Assembly (NCBI GenBank): GCA_963843375.1
Contig: CAWJKT010000018.1
Coordinates: 15,339 to 79,338, forward strand
Length of the DNA: 64,000 nt
DNA from: an uncultured Pseudomonadota bacterium
GTDB lineage: Bacteria > Oederibacteriota > Muellerivitia > Muellerivitales > Muellerivitaceae
Direction of reading: 5' to 3'
Shown: positions 23,961 through 34,059 of the stretch, piece by piece
How positions within the stretch are numbered: position 1 is the stretch's first letter
Layout: each line of letters starts with the position of its first letter
Notes under the pieces: model-generated
Told to the model about the DNA's origin: nothing
What the model saw: the letters and a program-made list of their open reading frames with translations, nothing else
The model's database searches: none
Translations under genes and position numbers: made by a program

Positions 23961-24737
23961 ATGAGAAAAGAACTGGTTGTGTTTTTGCTCGGTTTCTTGA
24001 TTTGGGGCTCCGCCGGCGCAAAGATGGTGACCCAAGCGGTCGATTATCAGGACGGAGAAATCACCCTGGAAGGCTATTTGGCCTATGACGATTCCATTCA
24101 CGGCAAACGGCCCGGCATCCTGGTGGTGCACGAGTGGAACGGTTTGGGGCCTTATGTCCAAGGTCGTTGCGAACAGCTGGCAAAATTGGGTTACGTGGCC
24201 TTCGCACCTGATATATATGGAAAAGGGGTCAGGCCTTCGACTTTCGATGCCTGCAAGGCGGAATCGTCGAAGTATTACGCGAATCGGAATCTGCTTCGTA
24301 AAAGGGTGAACCTGGGATTGGATCAACTGGAGAAAAACGAGATGGTCGACAGGACGAAAATCGCGGCCATCGGTTATTGTTTCGGCGGCGCCACCGTATT
24401 GGAATTGGGAAGAAGCGGGGCCGATATCGCCGGAATAGTCACCTTTCACGGCGGACTCGATAATCCTAGTCCTCTCGACGCCAAGAACATCAAGGCCAAG
24501 GTCCTCATTTGCCAAGGCGGGGCGGACAAGTTCACACTCCCCGCGATGCCGGGGTTTAAAAAGGAAATGGATGACGCGAAAGTTGATTACAAGATCGTCA
24601 CTTATGATGGCGCGGTCCATGGTTTCACCAACCCCGACAACAAAGGGACGGTTCCTGGTTTGAAATACGACGCCAAAGCCGACAAGGCTTCCTGGAATGA
24701 GATGAAAAAATTTTTCGAGAAGATATTTAAATCATAA
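23961..24737 (+). CDS. Dienelactone hydrolase family protein
   Basis: HEWNGL, GYCFGG, HGFTNP. Confidence 0.9.
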   Translation: MRKELVVFLLGFLIWGSAGAKMVTQAVDYQDGEITLEGYLAYDDSIHGKRPGILVVHEWNGLGPYVQGRCEQLAKLGYVAFAPDIYGKGVRPSTFDACKAESSKYYANRNLLRKRVNLGLDQLEKNEMVDRTKIAAIGYCFGGATVLELGRSGADIAGIVTFHGGLDNPSPLDAKNIKAKVLICQGGADKFTLPAMPGFKKEMDDAKVDYKIVTYDGAVHGFTNPDNKGTVPGLKYDAKADKASWNEMKKFFEKIFKS

Positions 24738-24749
24738 TGATCGACACTT

Positions 24750-25925
24750 TTAAAAGCCCCGATCCCGAAGAGGATCAGGGCTTTTTTTATTTTCGGGGAA
24801 TTTTATTCCCGAAAAGGGGATTTGGCTTGGCCGGTGTTTTTTGGAGGGGTTTTCGTTTTTTTCCAAAACCCAACGGCGAAGCTTGTTTTGAGCGCTGGCG
24901 AAGGGTAATTGGACTAGTTCTTTGCCGGTCACCCATTTGAAATCCTTGGGAAGCTTAGGATTTTTCGGCGGGATGGATTGGAAAAACCTCAAACGAATTT
25001 TATGATGCGTAATTTGATGGCGGACTTCCAAGGAAGGCCGACTATCGGATTTTGTTTTTAGTTCCTTTTCTAACTTGAGACGGGCGTCCTCGAAGGTTTT
25101 TCCCTCGACGCTGGGGAATTCCCACATTCCCTTCAGCCACTTTTCTTCCTGCGAGCGTTTTTTAACCAAGAACAGTCCTTTTTGTTCTATTGAAAAAGCG
25201 GCCATCCAGATTTCCACGGCTTCTTGGGACTTTGGCATTTCCGGCAATTCGCTTTGAAGTCCCTTTTGGGAGGCACCGCATTGGGATTGAAAGGGGCAAA
25301 GAAGGCATTTGGGATTATCCGGCAGGCAAAGGGTGGCGCCCAATTCCATGATCGCCTGGTTAAAATCCCCGGGACGTTCCTTGGAAATCAAGTTTTTGGC
25401 CAGATCCCAAACTTTTTGGTGGCCCTCCCCCGCCTTCAGGTTACCCCGTAAAATAAAAAGCCGCGAGAAAACCCGGATGACATTGCCATCCACCACCGGG
25501 AAAGGTTTTTGGAAACCAATGGAGAGTACGGCCCCCGCGCTATAGGGGCCGACTCCCGGAAGCTTAGTGATTTCTTCCAGAGTGTCGGGAAGTTTTCCAT
25601 TGTAATCCCGCATTACCATTTGGGCCGTGGCATGGAGATTCCGAGCCCGGCGGTAATAACCAAGTCCTTCCCAAAGTTTTAGCACTTTTTCTTCTTTGGT
25701 CTTGGCGAGAGATTTCCAATTAGGAAGTTCCTTCAGGAATCGGAGGTAATAAGGAATAACCGTCTTTACCTGTGTTTGCTGAAGCATCATCTCGGAAACG
25801 AAAGTGGCGTAAGGATCGTTGATGTCGCGCCAAGGCAGGTCCCGCTTATTGCGGTCATACCAATGGAGAAGCTGTTTTTGGAAAAGCGCGGGGTCCTGGA
25901 ATTTTTCGTCGGTGGAACGTGCCAT
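24750..25925 (-). CDS. mutY: A/G-specific adenine glycosylase
   Basis: RDLPWR, SEMMLQQTQV, WEGLGYYRRARNL, HhH-GPD, C-x6-C-x2-C-x5-C cluster. Confidence 0.95.
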   Translation of the reverse strand: MARSTDEKFQDPALFQKQLLHWYDRNKRDLPWRDINDPYATFVSEMMLQQTQVKTVIPYYLRFLKELPNWKSLAKTKEEKVLKLWEGLGYYRRARNLHATAQMVMRDYNGKLPDTLEEITKLPGVGPYSAGAVLSIGFQKPFPVVDGNVIRVFSRLFILRGNLKAGEGHQKVWDLAKNLISKERPGDFNQAIMELGATLCLPDNPKCLLCPFQSQCGASQKGLQSELPEMPKSQEAVEIWMAAFSIEQKGLFLVKKRSQEEKWLKGMWEFPSVEGKTFEDARLKLEKELKTKSDSRPSLEVRHQITHHKIRLRFFQSIPPKNPKLPKDFKWVTGKELVQLPFASAQNKLRRWVLEKNENPSKKHRPSQIPFSGIKFPENKKSPDPLRDRGF

Positions 25926-27682
25926 TAGATGAATTGGGTTACTTCAAAGGTTTTCAAGGGCTCCATGGATCCTTTGACGGCAATTGGATTCAAAGAATTG
26001 GCTTTTGCCTTGGTTTTGATTCTTTCATAAGTTTCCTCGGAAACGACGGTTTGGCCCGGGGCCGCCATGGAACAAAGGCGAGTCACCACGTGAAGGGCTT
26101 CTCCGATAATGCTGTAATCAAAATGTTTGTTGGATCCCAAATTGCCCGCAACAACCGTACCTGTATGGATTCCAATCCCAACCGTGAAAGGGGGATAGCC
26201 TTTTTTGATCCGGGAAATGTTAAAATCCCTCAAGGTCTCCTGAATTTCCAAAGCGGCTTTTACCGCGCGGGTTTCCTTATCCTCGTGGGTGAAAGGCGCT
26301 CCCCATACGGCGATAGCCGTATCGCCGATGAATCTATCCAACATTCCTTCGTATTTAAAAACAACATCATTGATGATGCTGAAATATTGATTTAGCGCTT
26401 CCACGAGGGCTTCTGGCGCCATGTTTTCGCTCAGGGTGTTAAACCCTTTAAGGTCAGCCCGCATTAAGGTGCACTCGCGCCTTTCTCCTTTAAGCGCGAA
26501 ATAATCCTTCTCGGCGAGTATCTTCCGTGCCGCCTGGGGATCCACCACTTTGCCTAAAATCAGGGATATCCGTTCCTTTTCTTTCAGGCTTTCCAGCATT
26601 TCCCGCAGAGCGCTACCCAATCGCCCCCATTCGGTCCAGGGATCATGGGAGATGGAAACATTTAGATTTCCCTGGGCTATACCGATAATTGATAGGAGAA
26701 GCCCATTGAACGAATGGATATAAAACTTTATCCCGGCCAATACCAATAAAACCTCGAGGAAAAGAAACAAGAGGCCGGTTTTGAATAGGCTCTTTTGGGG
26801 TGTTCCCTCCACGGTTTGAATTTGTTTCACCGGTTGAAAGACCGCTAGGTAAGCGGCGGGTTTTTGATCCAACCCCAAAAGGGGTAGCCCTTGGGTGAGA
26901 AATGTTGCGGGACCCATGGAGATGGAACAAGCTTCCGGAAGATTCGTGGTTTCCAGAATCAAGGGGTAATTGATCGGGGGAGGTGGAATAGTGGCCGTGC
27001 ACCAGGTTTGGGATTGGGAATAAAGGGCGATGTCATTGACGGAGGCCTTTTTAAAGGATTTCATGAAGTTATCGTCGAGTTTGGATCCGACGGCCACCAC
27101 TCCCAAAATTTTATCCTTGCCTTCAACGGGGACCAAAAGAGTAAGAAAGGTCGAGCTTTGGAATGTGAAAAGTCCGCCTACTTTGGACCCCGCCAAAGCC
27201 ACTTCCATTCCAGGCCATTCCTTGACGGAGGCCAAGATGAGTTTTTTGGTTTTGGAATGGGATTTGGTTTTTTTGACGACCACAGTGTGTGAAGGGGATG
27301 GAGTGGGTTTTGGAATACCTAGATTGTCATAAAGGACCTCTCCGTCCTTATTCGTCAGCACGAAAAAGGCAGAGGGATATTCGACCAATTCAGATTCGCC
27401 CATTTTCTTGAAAGGTGTTAACGAAGTAACTGGACCCGAAAGGGCGGTTTTAAGGCTCTCTTTGGCTGTGAAATGGAGCGCATTTAGGAGGTTGTGGTTG
27501 AATTCCTTGTCATAACTTCCGGATAAGCTATTGAGGCTTTGGGTGAGGGCGGGCTGGGGATCGTTCACGATGGTGGTCTTAATACTTCTTTTCAAAATCG
27601 AGGAAGTGATCCAGGTAAAAAGGGCCATGGGAAGAATGGCAATACAAAACAAGATCACCGGCACCAAGCGGAAGTTTTTCAA
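25925..27682 (-). CDS. Membrane class III nucleotide cyclase (extracellular sensor, HAMP, cyclase)
   Basis: ADLKGFN, DRFIGD, GIGIHTG, DYSIIGEALHVVTRL. Confidence 0.85.
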   Translation of the reverse strand: MKNFRLVPVILFCIAILPMALFTWITSSILKRSIKTTIVNDPQPALTQSLNSLSGSYDKEFNHNLLNALHFTAKESLKTALSGPVTSLTPFKKMGESELVEYPSAFFVLTNKDGEVLYDNLGIPKPTPSPSHTVVVKKTKSHSKTKKLILASVKEWPGMEVALAGSKVGGLFTFQSSTFLTLLVPVEGKDKILGVVAVGSKLDDNFMKSFKKASVNDIALYSQSQTWCTATIPPPPINYPLILETTNLPEACSISMGPATFLTQGLPLLGLDQKPAAYLAVFQPVKQIQTVEGTPQKSLFKTGLLFLFLEVLLVLAGIKFYIHSFNGLLLSIIGIAQGNLNVSISHDPWTEWGRLGSALREMLESLKEKERISLILGKVVDPQAARKILAEKDYFALKGERRECTLMRADLKGFNTLSENMAPEALVEALNQYFSIINDVVFKYEGMLDRFIGDTAIAVWGAPFTHEDKETRAVKAALEIQETLRDFNISRIKKGYPPFTVGIGIHTGTVVAGNLGSNKHFDYSIIGEALHVVTRLCSMAAPGQTVVSEETYERIKTKAKANSLNPIAVKGSMEPLKTFEVTQFI

Positions 27683-27767
27683 GTTTTGAGGCCCTTCTTT
27701 GGGAAAGCTGAGTGAGTAATGACAGCTACTATATTAAGGTTCCTGAAAAATTCAATCTTCCCGCCCC

Positions 27768-29561
27768 TTAATGAATATAGCCCCCTTTTTGGAGGTTCCA
27801 TAGTTTCCGGTATAACCCGGGTTTTCGGATCAGGGTCTTATGCGTTCCTTGTTGGACCACCTTGCCCTTGTCCAGCACGACGATGTTATCGGCGCTCATG
27901 ATAGTGGAGAGCCGGTGCGCGATCAGGATGGAGGTGCGTCCCTTCATCAAGTCCTGAAGGCCTTTCTGGATTTCGTTTTCCGTTTCGGAATCCAGGGAGG
28001 AGGTGGCCTCGTCCAAAACTAATATTTTTTTGTCCGCCAGAAGGGCGCGCGCGATGGAGACGCGCTGTTTTTCCCCTCCTGACAGTTTGACGCCGCGCTC
28101 TCCTACGATCGTATTTTCCTTTGAGGGGAGGCTTGCGATGAATTTCTCCAGTTGGGCGAATCGAATGGCGGAAAAGATTTGGGCCCTGGAAGCCTCGGGA
28201 TTGGAAAAGGCGATATTGTTATAAATCGTGTCGTCAAACAGGATGCATTCCTGGGGAACCATGCTCAGACTGTCTCTCAACGACCCCTGGGTCACTTCCG
28301 CGATATTTGTGCCGTCAATGGTAATGGTCCCTGCCTCCAGGTCGTAAAGCCGGTAAAGAAGGCGGATCAGGGTTGTCTTTCCGGCTCCCGAGGGGCCGAC
28401 GATAGCCACTTTTTGGTGGGGTGGTATTTTCAAGGAAAAACCAGAAAGGATGGGACGTTTTTTATAAGTGAAAGTCACCTCCCGGAAATGGATAGCGCCC
28501 TGGGACACCTGTAAGGGTTTGGCGCCCGATTTATCCTTGATCTCGTTTTCGATTTTTCCGTACTGAAACAGGTCCTCGAAATCTGCCGTGGTACGGTAAA
28601 GGTTACGGATGCCATAAACGAATCCTGAAAGATGACTTACGAGAGTGCCGAAGGTCGTGTAAATAAAAACGAAGGTGCCGATGCTGATGGTCCCTTCGAT
28701 CAGGCTGTGTACAGAGAAATAAATCAAGAAAAAGGTCCCTAATCCCAGGATGCCGATTTGTCCGGATTCCAAAATTTTATAGTAATTCCAAAAATCCAAT
28801 TGAAGTTGCTTGGTCATTTCACTCAATTGGTTGAAGCGGTTTTTGATGTAGTTTTCTTTCGCGAAATACTTGATGGAGTCTATGTTTGTGAAGACGTCGG
28901 CGATATTGCCCTTTTCCAGGTCGGACATGTTGTTGAACCGGGCGTTAGACCTTCTTTGCTTCTCGTTCAGGAACAGAGAGAAGGCGATATAAGCGGCGGT
29001 CGTGAAGAAAACCACTATTCCCACGGGCAGGGTGAAGTAAAAAATAGAGCCGCTGACTAAAATCATTTGAAAGAAAAGGGGGAGGATTTGGAAGATGAAG
29101 ACGTCCGTCATGGTTTCCGCCGCGCCCGAACTCCTGGAGAGCCGGGAAATCAGAGAGCCGGTCTTGTGGGAACTGTGGAAACCGTGGGAAAGTTCTAGGA
29201 GATGGTTGAAGTAATAGCGTTTGATGTCGGTGATTAGGTCCGTTTCAAGCTGGTTGGTGAAACGCAAATGGACCCATCGTCCCAAGGCCCGTGCCGCCGG
29301 GATTGCCAACATGACGGCAAAAAGAGTGGTCAGGGAATGGGTGAGTGATTCCAAGGTGATTTGATGATGGGTATATTGGGTTCCGATGTCGACGATCAAT
29401 TTGAAAACGTAATTGAAGGCCAACTCGAGGGAATTCAAGACAAACACCAGGAAAACGAGAAAGAGAGCCGCTCCCTTATATTTCTTCAGGAATCCGAAAT
29501 AAACTCCCAGGTTATATTTGAAGTCAATGACTTCCTTGTCGGAAACTTCGATGACGGCCAC
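27768..29561 (-). CDS. ABC exporter, fused permease/ATPase
   Basis: GPSGAGKT, LSGGEKQR, LDEATSSLD, IAHRLST. Confidence 0.92.
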   Translation of the reverse strand: MAVIEVSDKEVIDFKYNLGVYFGFLKKYKGAALFLVFLVFVLNSLELAFNYVFKLIVDIGTQYTHHQITLESLTHSLTTLFAVMLAIPAARALGRWVHLRFTNQLETDLITDIKRYYFNHLLELSHGFHSSHKTGSLISRLSRSSGAAETMTDVFIFQILPLFFQMILVSGSIFYFTLPVGIVVFFTTAAYIAFSLFLNEKQRRSNARFNNMSDLEKGNIADVFTNIDSIKYFAKENYIKNRFNQLSEMTKQLQLDFWNYYKILESGQIGILGLGTFFLIYFSVHSLIEGTISIGTFVFIYTTFGTLVSHLSGFVYGIRNLYRTTADFEDLFQYGKIENEIKDKSGAKPLQVSQGAIHFREVTFTYKKRPILSGFSLKIPPHQKVAIVGPSGAGKTTLIRLLYRLYDLEAGTITIDGTNIAEVTQGSLRDSLSMVPQECILFDDTIYNNIAFSNPEASRAQIFSAIRFAQLEKFIASLPSKENTIVGERGVKLSGGEKQRVSIARALLADKKILVLDEATSSLDSETENEIQKGLQDLMKGRTSILIAHRLSTIMSADNIVVLDKGKVVQQGTHKTLIRKPGLYRKLWNLQKGGYIH

Positions 29562-29710
29562 GTTTTAATACTCCAGCTTTATTATTGATCAAAATAAATG
29601 ATTCGAAAGGATTTATGACTAGGGGGTTACTTTAAAGGAGAGGGCGGCAGGGTGTAAAGGATACCGGAGAGTGGCCCGGGCGGACAGGCTATTGAAGGGG
29701 CAAAATAAAA

Positions 29711-29742
29711 AAACGGATGGGTATTGGGCGGCCCATCCGTTT
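29711..29742 (-). terminator. Intrinsic terminator of the small secreted protein gene
   Basis: AAACGGATGGG...CCCATCCGTTT with an upstream A run. Confidence 0.6.
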
Positions 29743-29762
29743 GGAAAGAGAATAGTGTGGAA

Positions 29763-29960
29763 TTATTTAGTCGGACCGGTGCTGTTGGAGGCGGGACCGG
29801 TACTGTTAGTAGTGGGGCCCTTGGAACCCTTCTTGTGTCCGTGGTGGTGATTGCTGCATTTCTTTCCGCTGCAGGCAGGCGAGGTTCCGTCCGCCAAAGC
29901 AATACCTGAAACCGCAGCCGTGAAAAACATTGCCAAGCCGAGTGCTATTATTTTTTTCAT
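29763..29960 (-). CDS. Small secreted protein (His/Lys-rich, two Cys)
   Basis: Signal peptide MKKIIALGL...ALA; AAGGAG upstream. Confidence 0.7.
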   Translation of the reverse strand: MKKIIALGLAMFFTAAVSGIALADGTSPACSGKKCSNHHHGHKKGSKGPTTNSTGPASNSTGPTK

Positions 29961-30158
29961 TTTTATCTCTCCTTTTGGAATTTAAGAGCTTCGCGATTCT
30001 CTTAAAATTTGGACGCGCGGTTTCCGAAAAAGTGTCGTCGTTTTAGCATGAATCAAATTAGAAATATCCCGTCTTTTATACCTATTTCTTGACCATCCAT
30101 TTTTAAAATGGATATCATAGGAACCAGCCTCCCGTATAAACCGCTTGAAAGAGAAATT

Positions 30159-30899
30159 ATGGCCCTGCAACAAGAGCTGGAAAAAAGCGGTTCTTGGCTG
30201 TTCAGGTATCGATCTTTTGTCCCTCTTCTGGTCGTTCCTTTATGCGCCTTTTGTTTGTATTCTTCCAGCGATTTCACCCGCACTCATCTCAATAACGACG
30301 GATGGCAATTCGTTTGTTTGATCCTCTCTTTTATTGGTTTCGCGATTCGGGTCATCACCGTGGGGTATGCGGCCAGGGGAACTTCCGGGCGAAACACGAC
30401 ACGCCAAGTGGCGGATAGCTTGAACACGACTGGAATGTATTCCATTGTCCGAAATCCTTTGTATATCGGGAATTATTTAATTCTCTTGGGTTTTTTGGGG
30501 GTTTTTCAAAATCTGTGGCTGGTGTTATTAATCACGGCTCTTTATCTTCTTTTTTATGAGCGGATCATCATGGCGGAGGAATTGTTCTTAAGGCAGCGTT
30601 TTGGCAAAACCTTTGAGAAATGGGCCTATAAAACCCCCGCCTTTTTCCCCCGGTATTCCCAATGGAGTTCCTCCAAGAATTCTTTTTCCTGGAAAGAGGT
30701 TCTCTCTCGGGAATACAACGCTTTCTTCGTCATCACTACTTTTTTTTCAGTGGCCGATTTGATTTTTGAATCCAGTTCCGTCCACCAATGGACCATGAAG
30801 CCGGTTTGGATGGGTATCTTCATCACAGGGGTTGTGGTACTAATCGGTTTGCGAACCTTGAAACGCTCGACTCGGGCCCTGAAGGATGCGGGACGGTAA
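30159..30899 (+). CDS. ICMT/PEMT-family membrane methyltransferase, LmtA-like
   Basis: WLFRYRS, TSGRNT..QVADSLNTTGMYSIVRNPLYIGN, ERII..EE. Confidence 0.75.
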   Translation: MALQQELEKSGSWLFRYRSFVPLLVVPLCAFCLYSSSDFTRTHLNNDGWQFVCLILSFIGFAIRVITVGYAARGTSGRNTTRQVADSLNTTGMYSIVRNPLYIGNYLILLGFLGVFQNLWLVLLITALYLLFYERIIMAEELFLRQRFGKTFEKWAYKTPAFFPRYSQWSSSKNSFSWKEVLSREYNAFFVITTFFSVADLIFESSSVHQWTMKPVWMGIFITGVVVLIGLRTLKRSTRALKDAGR

Positions 30900-30974
30900 T
30901 TTTTATAAAAGCCGCCTAAAAGGTGCTCCCGGATTTGATAAAGCATAGGACCCTTTTTTGAAAAACAAATATTT

Positions 30975-31562
30975 TTGCTTCGTATCCTTTTTGTTCTTGG
31001 GAACCCTCTTAAGCATTCAGGCGCTTGGCGCAGAAACCGTTGTTCCCACAAATCCAACTCCACCGCCCTGGAGTTCACGGTGGGGGGATACGATACCCCC
31101 AACGGCGGTTATTATGATTTCAATGGAAATCTAGTGAACCTTCCCGATTGGGGTTATGGTCTTGGCCTAGGTATCAAGACGAACTTGTCCGAGCCGATTC
31201 CCGGGGTTTTTTTCCAGGGGCTTTCGAGCCTGACCTTTTCCCAGGATGAATATGAAACTTCCCCAACGACCGTTAACAGTCAAAACGTACAGGTCGGTTT
31301 TTCGGACAACGATTCTCAACGATAAAGCCTCACGCTTTTTTTGGGAACGGGATTTGAGGCTTTTTTACCTTATTTTAAGAATTTCTCCGTGGAAGGAAAT
31401 GTCGGGATTTCGTTGAATTCAAACTGGAACCAAAACAAAGTCACCTATAATCCCGCCGTCGCTTCCTACACGAATTATTTGAGTTCCACTCAAACAGGCA
31501 CGGTGTCCTTCACAAACAGCAGTTTTTCAATATTGAACCTAGCCGTCCATTATTATTTTTAA
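30975..31562 (+). pseudogene. Outer-membrane beta-barrel-like protein with in-frame TAA at 31323
   Basis: Both ORF halves are in the same frame; alternating beta pattern; C-terminal ...VHYYF. Confidence 0.55.
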
Positions 31563-31845
31563 CCAAAACCTCCCTGAGAGGTTTGCAATTCTAAGAATCG
31601 GGATTTGAAGTCGACTATGACCCCATGGGTAAATCAACCTCCACTCCGACCCCCACGAATTACAAGACCAACACTTCCACCGGCACTGTGACAAATACGC
31701 TTACCGATACGTCAACTTCCACGGCTTCCACCTCTTAAACTGAAATTTTTTTTGAAGTCGAGTGGGTTTTCCATCGTTCTTCACCTGAAATAGGTGTTTA
31801 ATCATTGAAACTGGACAAAAAAGATGGAGGTTAAAGAAGTTTTAG

Positions 31846-31877
31846 CCGTCCACGCCGGGGGGACCCGGTTTGGACGA
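31846..31877 (+). repeat. Dyad site 1
   Basis: CCGTCCACGCCG-GGGGGACC-CGGTTTGGACGA (G run possibly over-called). Confidence 0.75.
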
Positions 31878-32001
31878 TCTTTGACACGCCAAAAAGCCGT
31901 AAAAAGGCTATTTAAGCTGCCCACGATTGGGCCCTTGTCGCGAAATAAACAAACGATGTTCGACACTATAAATTGAGGGAAAAATAATTTTGGGGTGTCT
32001 T

Positions 32002-33093
32002 ATGAAAAGTTATCTAGGTTTTTTACTCGCGTTTTCCGCCTTTGGGATACTTAGTTTTGAGGGCTGTACAAAGACGTCAACGCTGACCGAACCCGTAGCC
32101 AGCGCTCTCTCCTGGAAAACCATGGGAAGCCCTTTCAGCACCGGAACGGTCTACTGGAACTCGATTTACGTTACCAACGGCACGCCCTATATCGTTTTCG
32201 CCCAACCTTCAAGCTACGACCTTTCAGTCGACGAATACACGGGTGGCTCCTGGGTACCTGTGGGCAGCCCGTCTTTTAGCCCCGAGGCCAGTTTCCAAAA
32301 TATCACGGTCTATAACGGTATGCCTTACGTGGGTTTTGAGCAGTCTACTAACGGCGGGGTGGCCTCGGTGATGGATTTAACGGGCGGAACGTGGAACTAC
32401 GTAGGGGGTGGGAACCTAACAACGACCCAAACCGTTTATGATTCCATGGCCATCGGGTCCGATGGAACGGTTTATATGGCCTTCGATGATTCCACGGGCA
32501 ACACCGCAGTCATGAGCAACAGCGGGGGCACCTGGAAACAATTGGGTGGTGACCTTTCCACCGGCGGTTCCAACTATGTTTGGATGGCCATGAATGGCAC
32601 CACGCCCTACGTGGCTTACCAAGACGAAGGCGCCGGAGGCAAGGCGACGGTCATGACCTGGAACGGAAGTTCTTGGACTCCCGTGGGCACGCCGGGCATT
32701 TCCCAGGGCGAGGCTTATGACGTGGTCCTCAGCGTCAGCAACGGCACACCCTATATTTCCTACCAGGACGGCAGCAACAACTTGGGCATCAGCGTGATGA
32801 AGTTCAACGGAAGTTCCTGGGCCTACTTGGGAGCACCGGGTTTTACTAATCAATGCGATTATCAGTCGATTTTCGTGGACAACGGAGTTCCCTATCTTGC
32901 GTACGAGGACAAGATTGCCGGAAGCGGAAAGGGCATCGTGGTGAAGTATATCTTATCGGCCTGGGTGACCGTAGGAAGCGCGGACTTTACGCCTGAAGTG
33001 ATGGAGGACGTTTCCCTCTACGTTGACAACGGCACGCCTTACGTAATCTACGACATTGGTCCTCCGGGTTTCCGGGTGATGGGCTACTACTAA
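32002..33093 (+). CDS. Lipoprotein with repeated beta-propeller-like units (GTPYVAY..D...W..VG)
   Basis: Lipobox-like FEGC; about seven ~47-aa repeats. Confidence 0.8.
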   Translation: MKSYLGFLLAFSAFGILSFEGCTKTSTLTEPVASALSWKTMGSPFSTGTVYWNSIYVTNGTPYIVFAQPSSYDLSVDEYTGGSWVPVGSPSFSPEASFQNITVYNGMPYVGFEQSTNGGVASVMDLTGGTWNYVGGGNLTTTQTVYDSMAIGSDGTVYMAFDDSTGNTAVMSNSGGTWKQLGGDLSTGGSNYVWMAMNGTTPYVAYQDEGAGGKATVMTWNGSSWTPVGTPGISQGEAYDVVLSVSNGTPYISYQDGSNNLGISVMKFNGSSWAYLGAPGFTNQCDYQSIFVDNGVPYLAYEDKIAGSGKGIVVKYILSAWVTVGSADFTPEVMEDVSLYVDNGTPYVIYDIGPPGFRVMGYY

Positions 33094-33152
33094 GAAAACA
33101 ACGTAGCCAATTCTCCACTTTTGGCGATGATGCGGTTCCGCTATTCTTTTGA

Positions 33153-33182
33153 TTGTTCAAAACGGGGGCCTAGAGTGGACAT
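33153..33182 (+). repeat. Dyad site 2
   Basis: TTGTTCAAAACG-GGGGCC-TAGAGTGGACAT. Confidence 0.7.
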
Positions 33183-33286
33183 GTAAAAAGAAAACTTTGA
33201 TGCTTATTTTTTCTTCGAATCCACTAGACTTTCTCATGGTCAAAAATAACTTTTAAAGAGTCAAACAATTCCTGAATAATCCGTAG

Positions 33287-33630
33287 CATCTACAAACCCT
33301 AGCCTTTGTAGCGTCAGCGTTTTTAGCAGGCTTGGTGGCGGTAGGTTATGCGGGTCTTTTTAAAATATTTGAGGGTTTTTATCACCAAATTTCAACGGCT
33401 CATCCCTTTGGATTTGGTTCTGGACCCCTCTTTGCCTGCTGGCTGGCTGGGCCATGGTTTATTTTCTTGCGACGGATGGTGTTGACGGACTTTTGTCTAT
33501 CAAAGTAGTGGAGAATTTGAGGAATGTTCGCCAGCAGGAGATCGAATTTTTCAAGCAGAACGGTCAAAAACAAATCACTCCCGACCAAGAGAGCCAGTTG
33601 ACGGCAATGTTGCAAAGGAATCCGATCTAA
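33287..33630 (+). pseudogene. Decayed membrane-protein fragment resembling a ClC channel N-terminus
   Basis: LAFVASAFLAGLVAVGYAGLF...HP (frameshift) LWIWFWTPLCLLAGW; no GSGIP or remainder. Confidence 0.4.
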
Positions 33631-33683
33631 ATAAAAATCATATTTAATGCCCGATCAGCGGCATTTCCAACATTCCGATTCTT

Positions 33684-33713
33684 CCCTCCGTAACGGGAGC
33701 CCGTTGCGGACAA
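33684..33713 (+). repeat. Dyad site 3 (degenerate)
   Basis: CCCTCCGTAACG-GGAGCC-CGTTGCGGACAA. Confidence 0.5.
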
Positions 33714-34059
33714 ATTTATTCGGGAAACCCCAACGGAATAATTCTAGGTTTAACCTTCCAGTTGTCGTTGGAACCGGTTCCATTTTAAAAAAATGAGCTC
33801 AGGTTTTTTTTACGGGATAAAAATTAAGATCGAAGTGGAAAGGAGTTGGCTGCAAAGGATATGATGCCAAGTAATTTCTGGACGATTTCGAAGCCCTAAT
33901 AAAAAAGAACCCCAGAGTACAGAATTTTCGTAGTAAGGTTTTTGACGCTGAAAAATAAATAAATTTCTTTCTGGCTTCCCGCACTACTTGACCTCTGGGG
34001 TAAAAAAAATTTAATTTAGAACATCTTAAAACGTTATTTTAAAAGAAAGGTCCCCGCCC

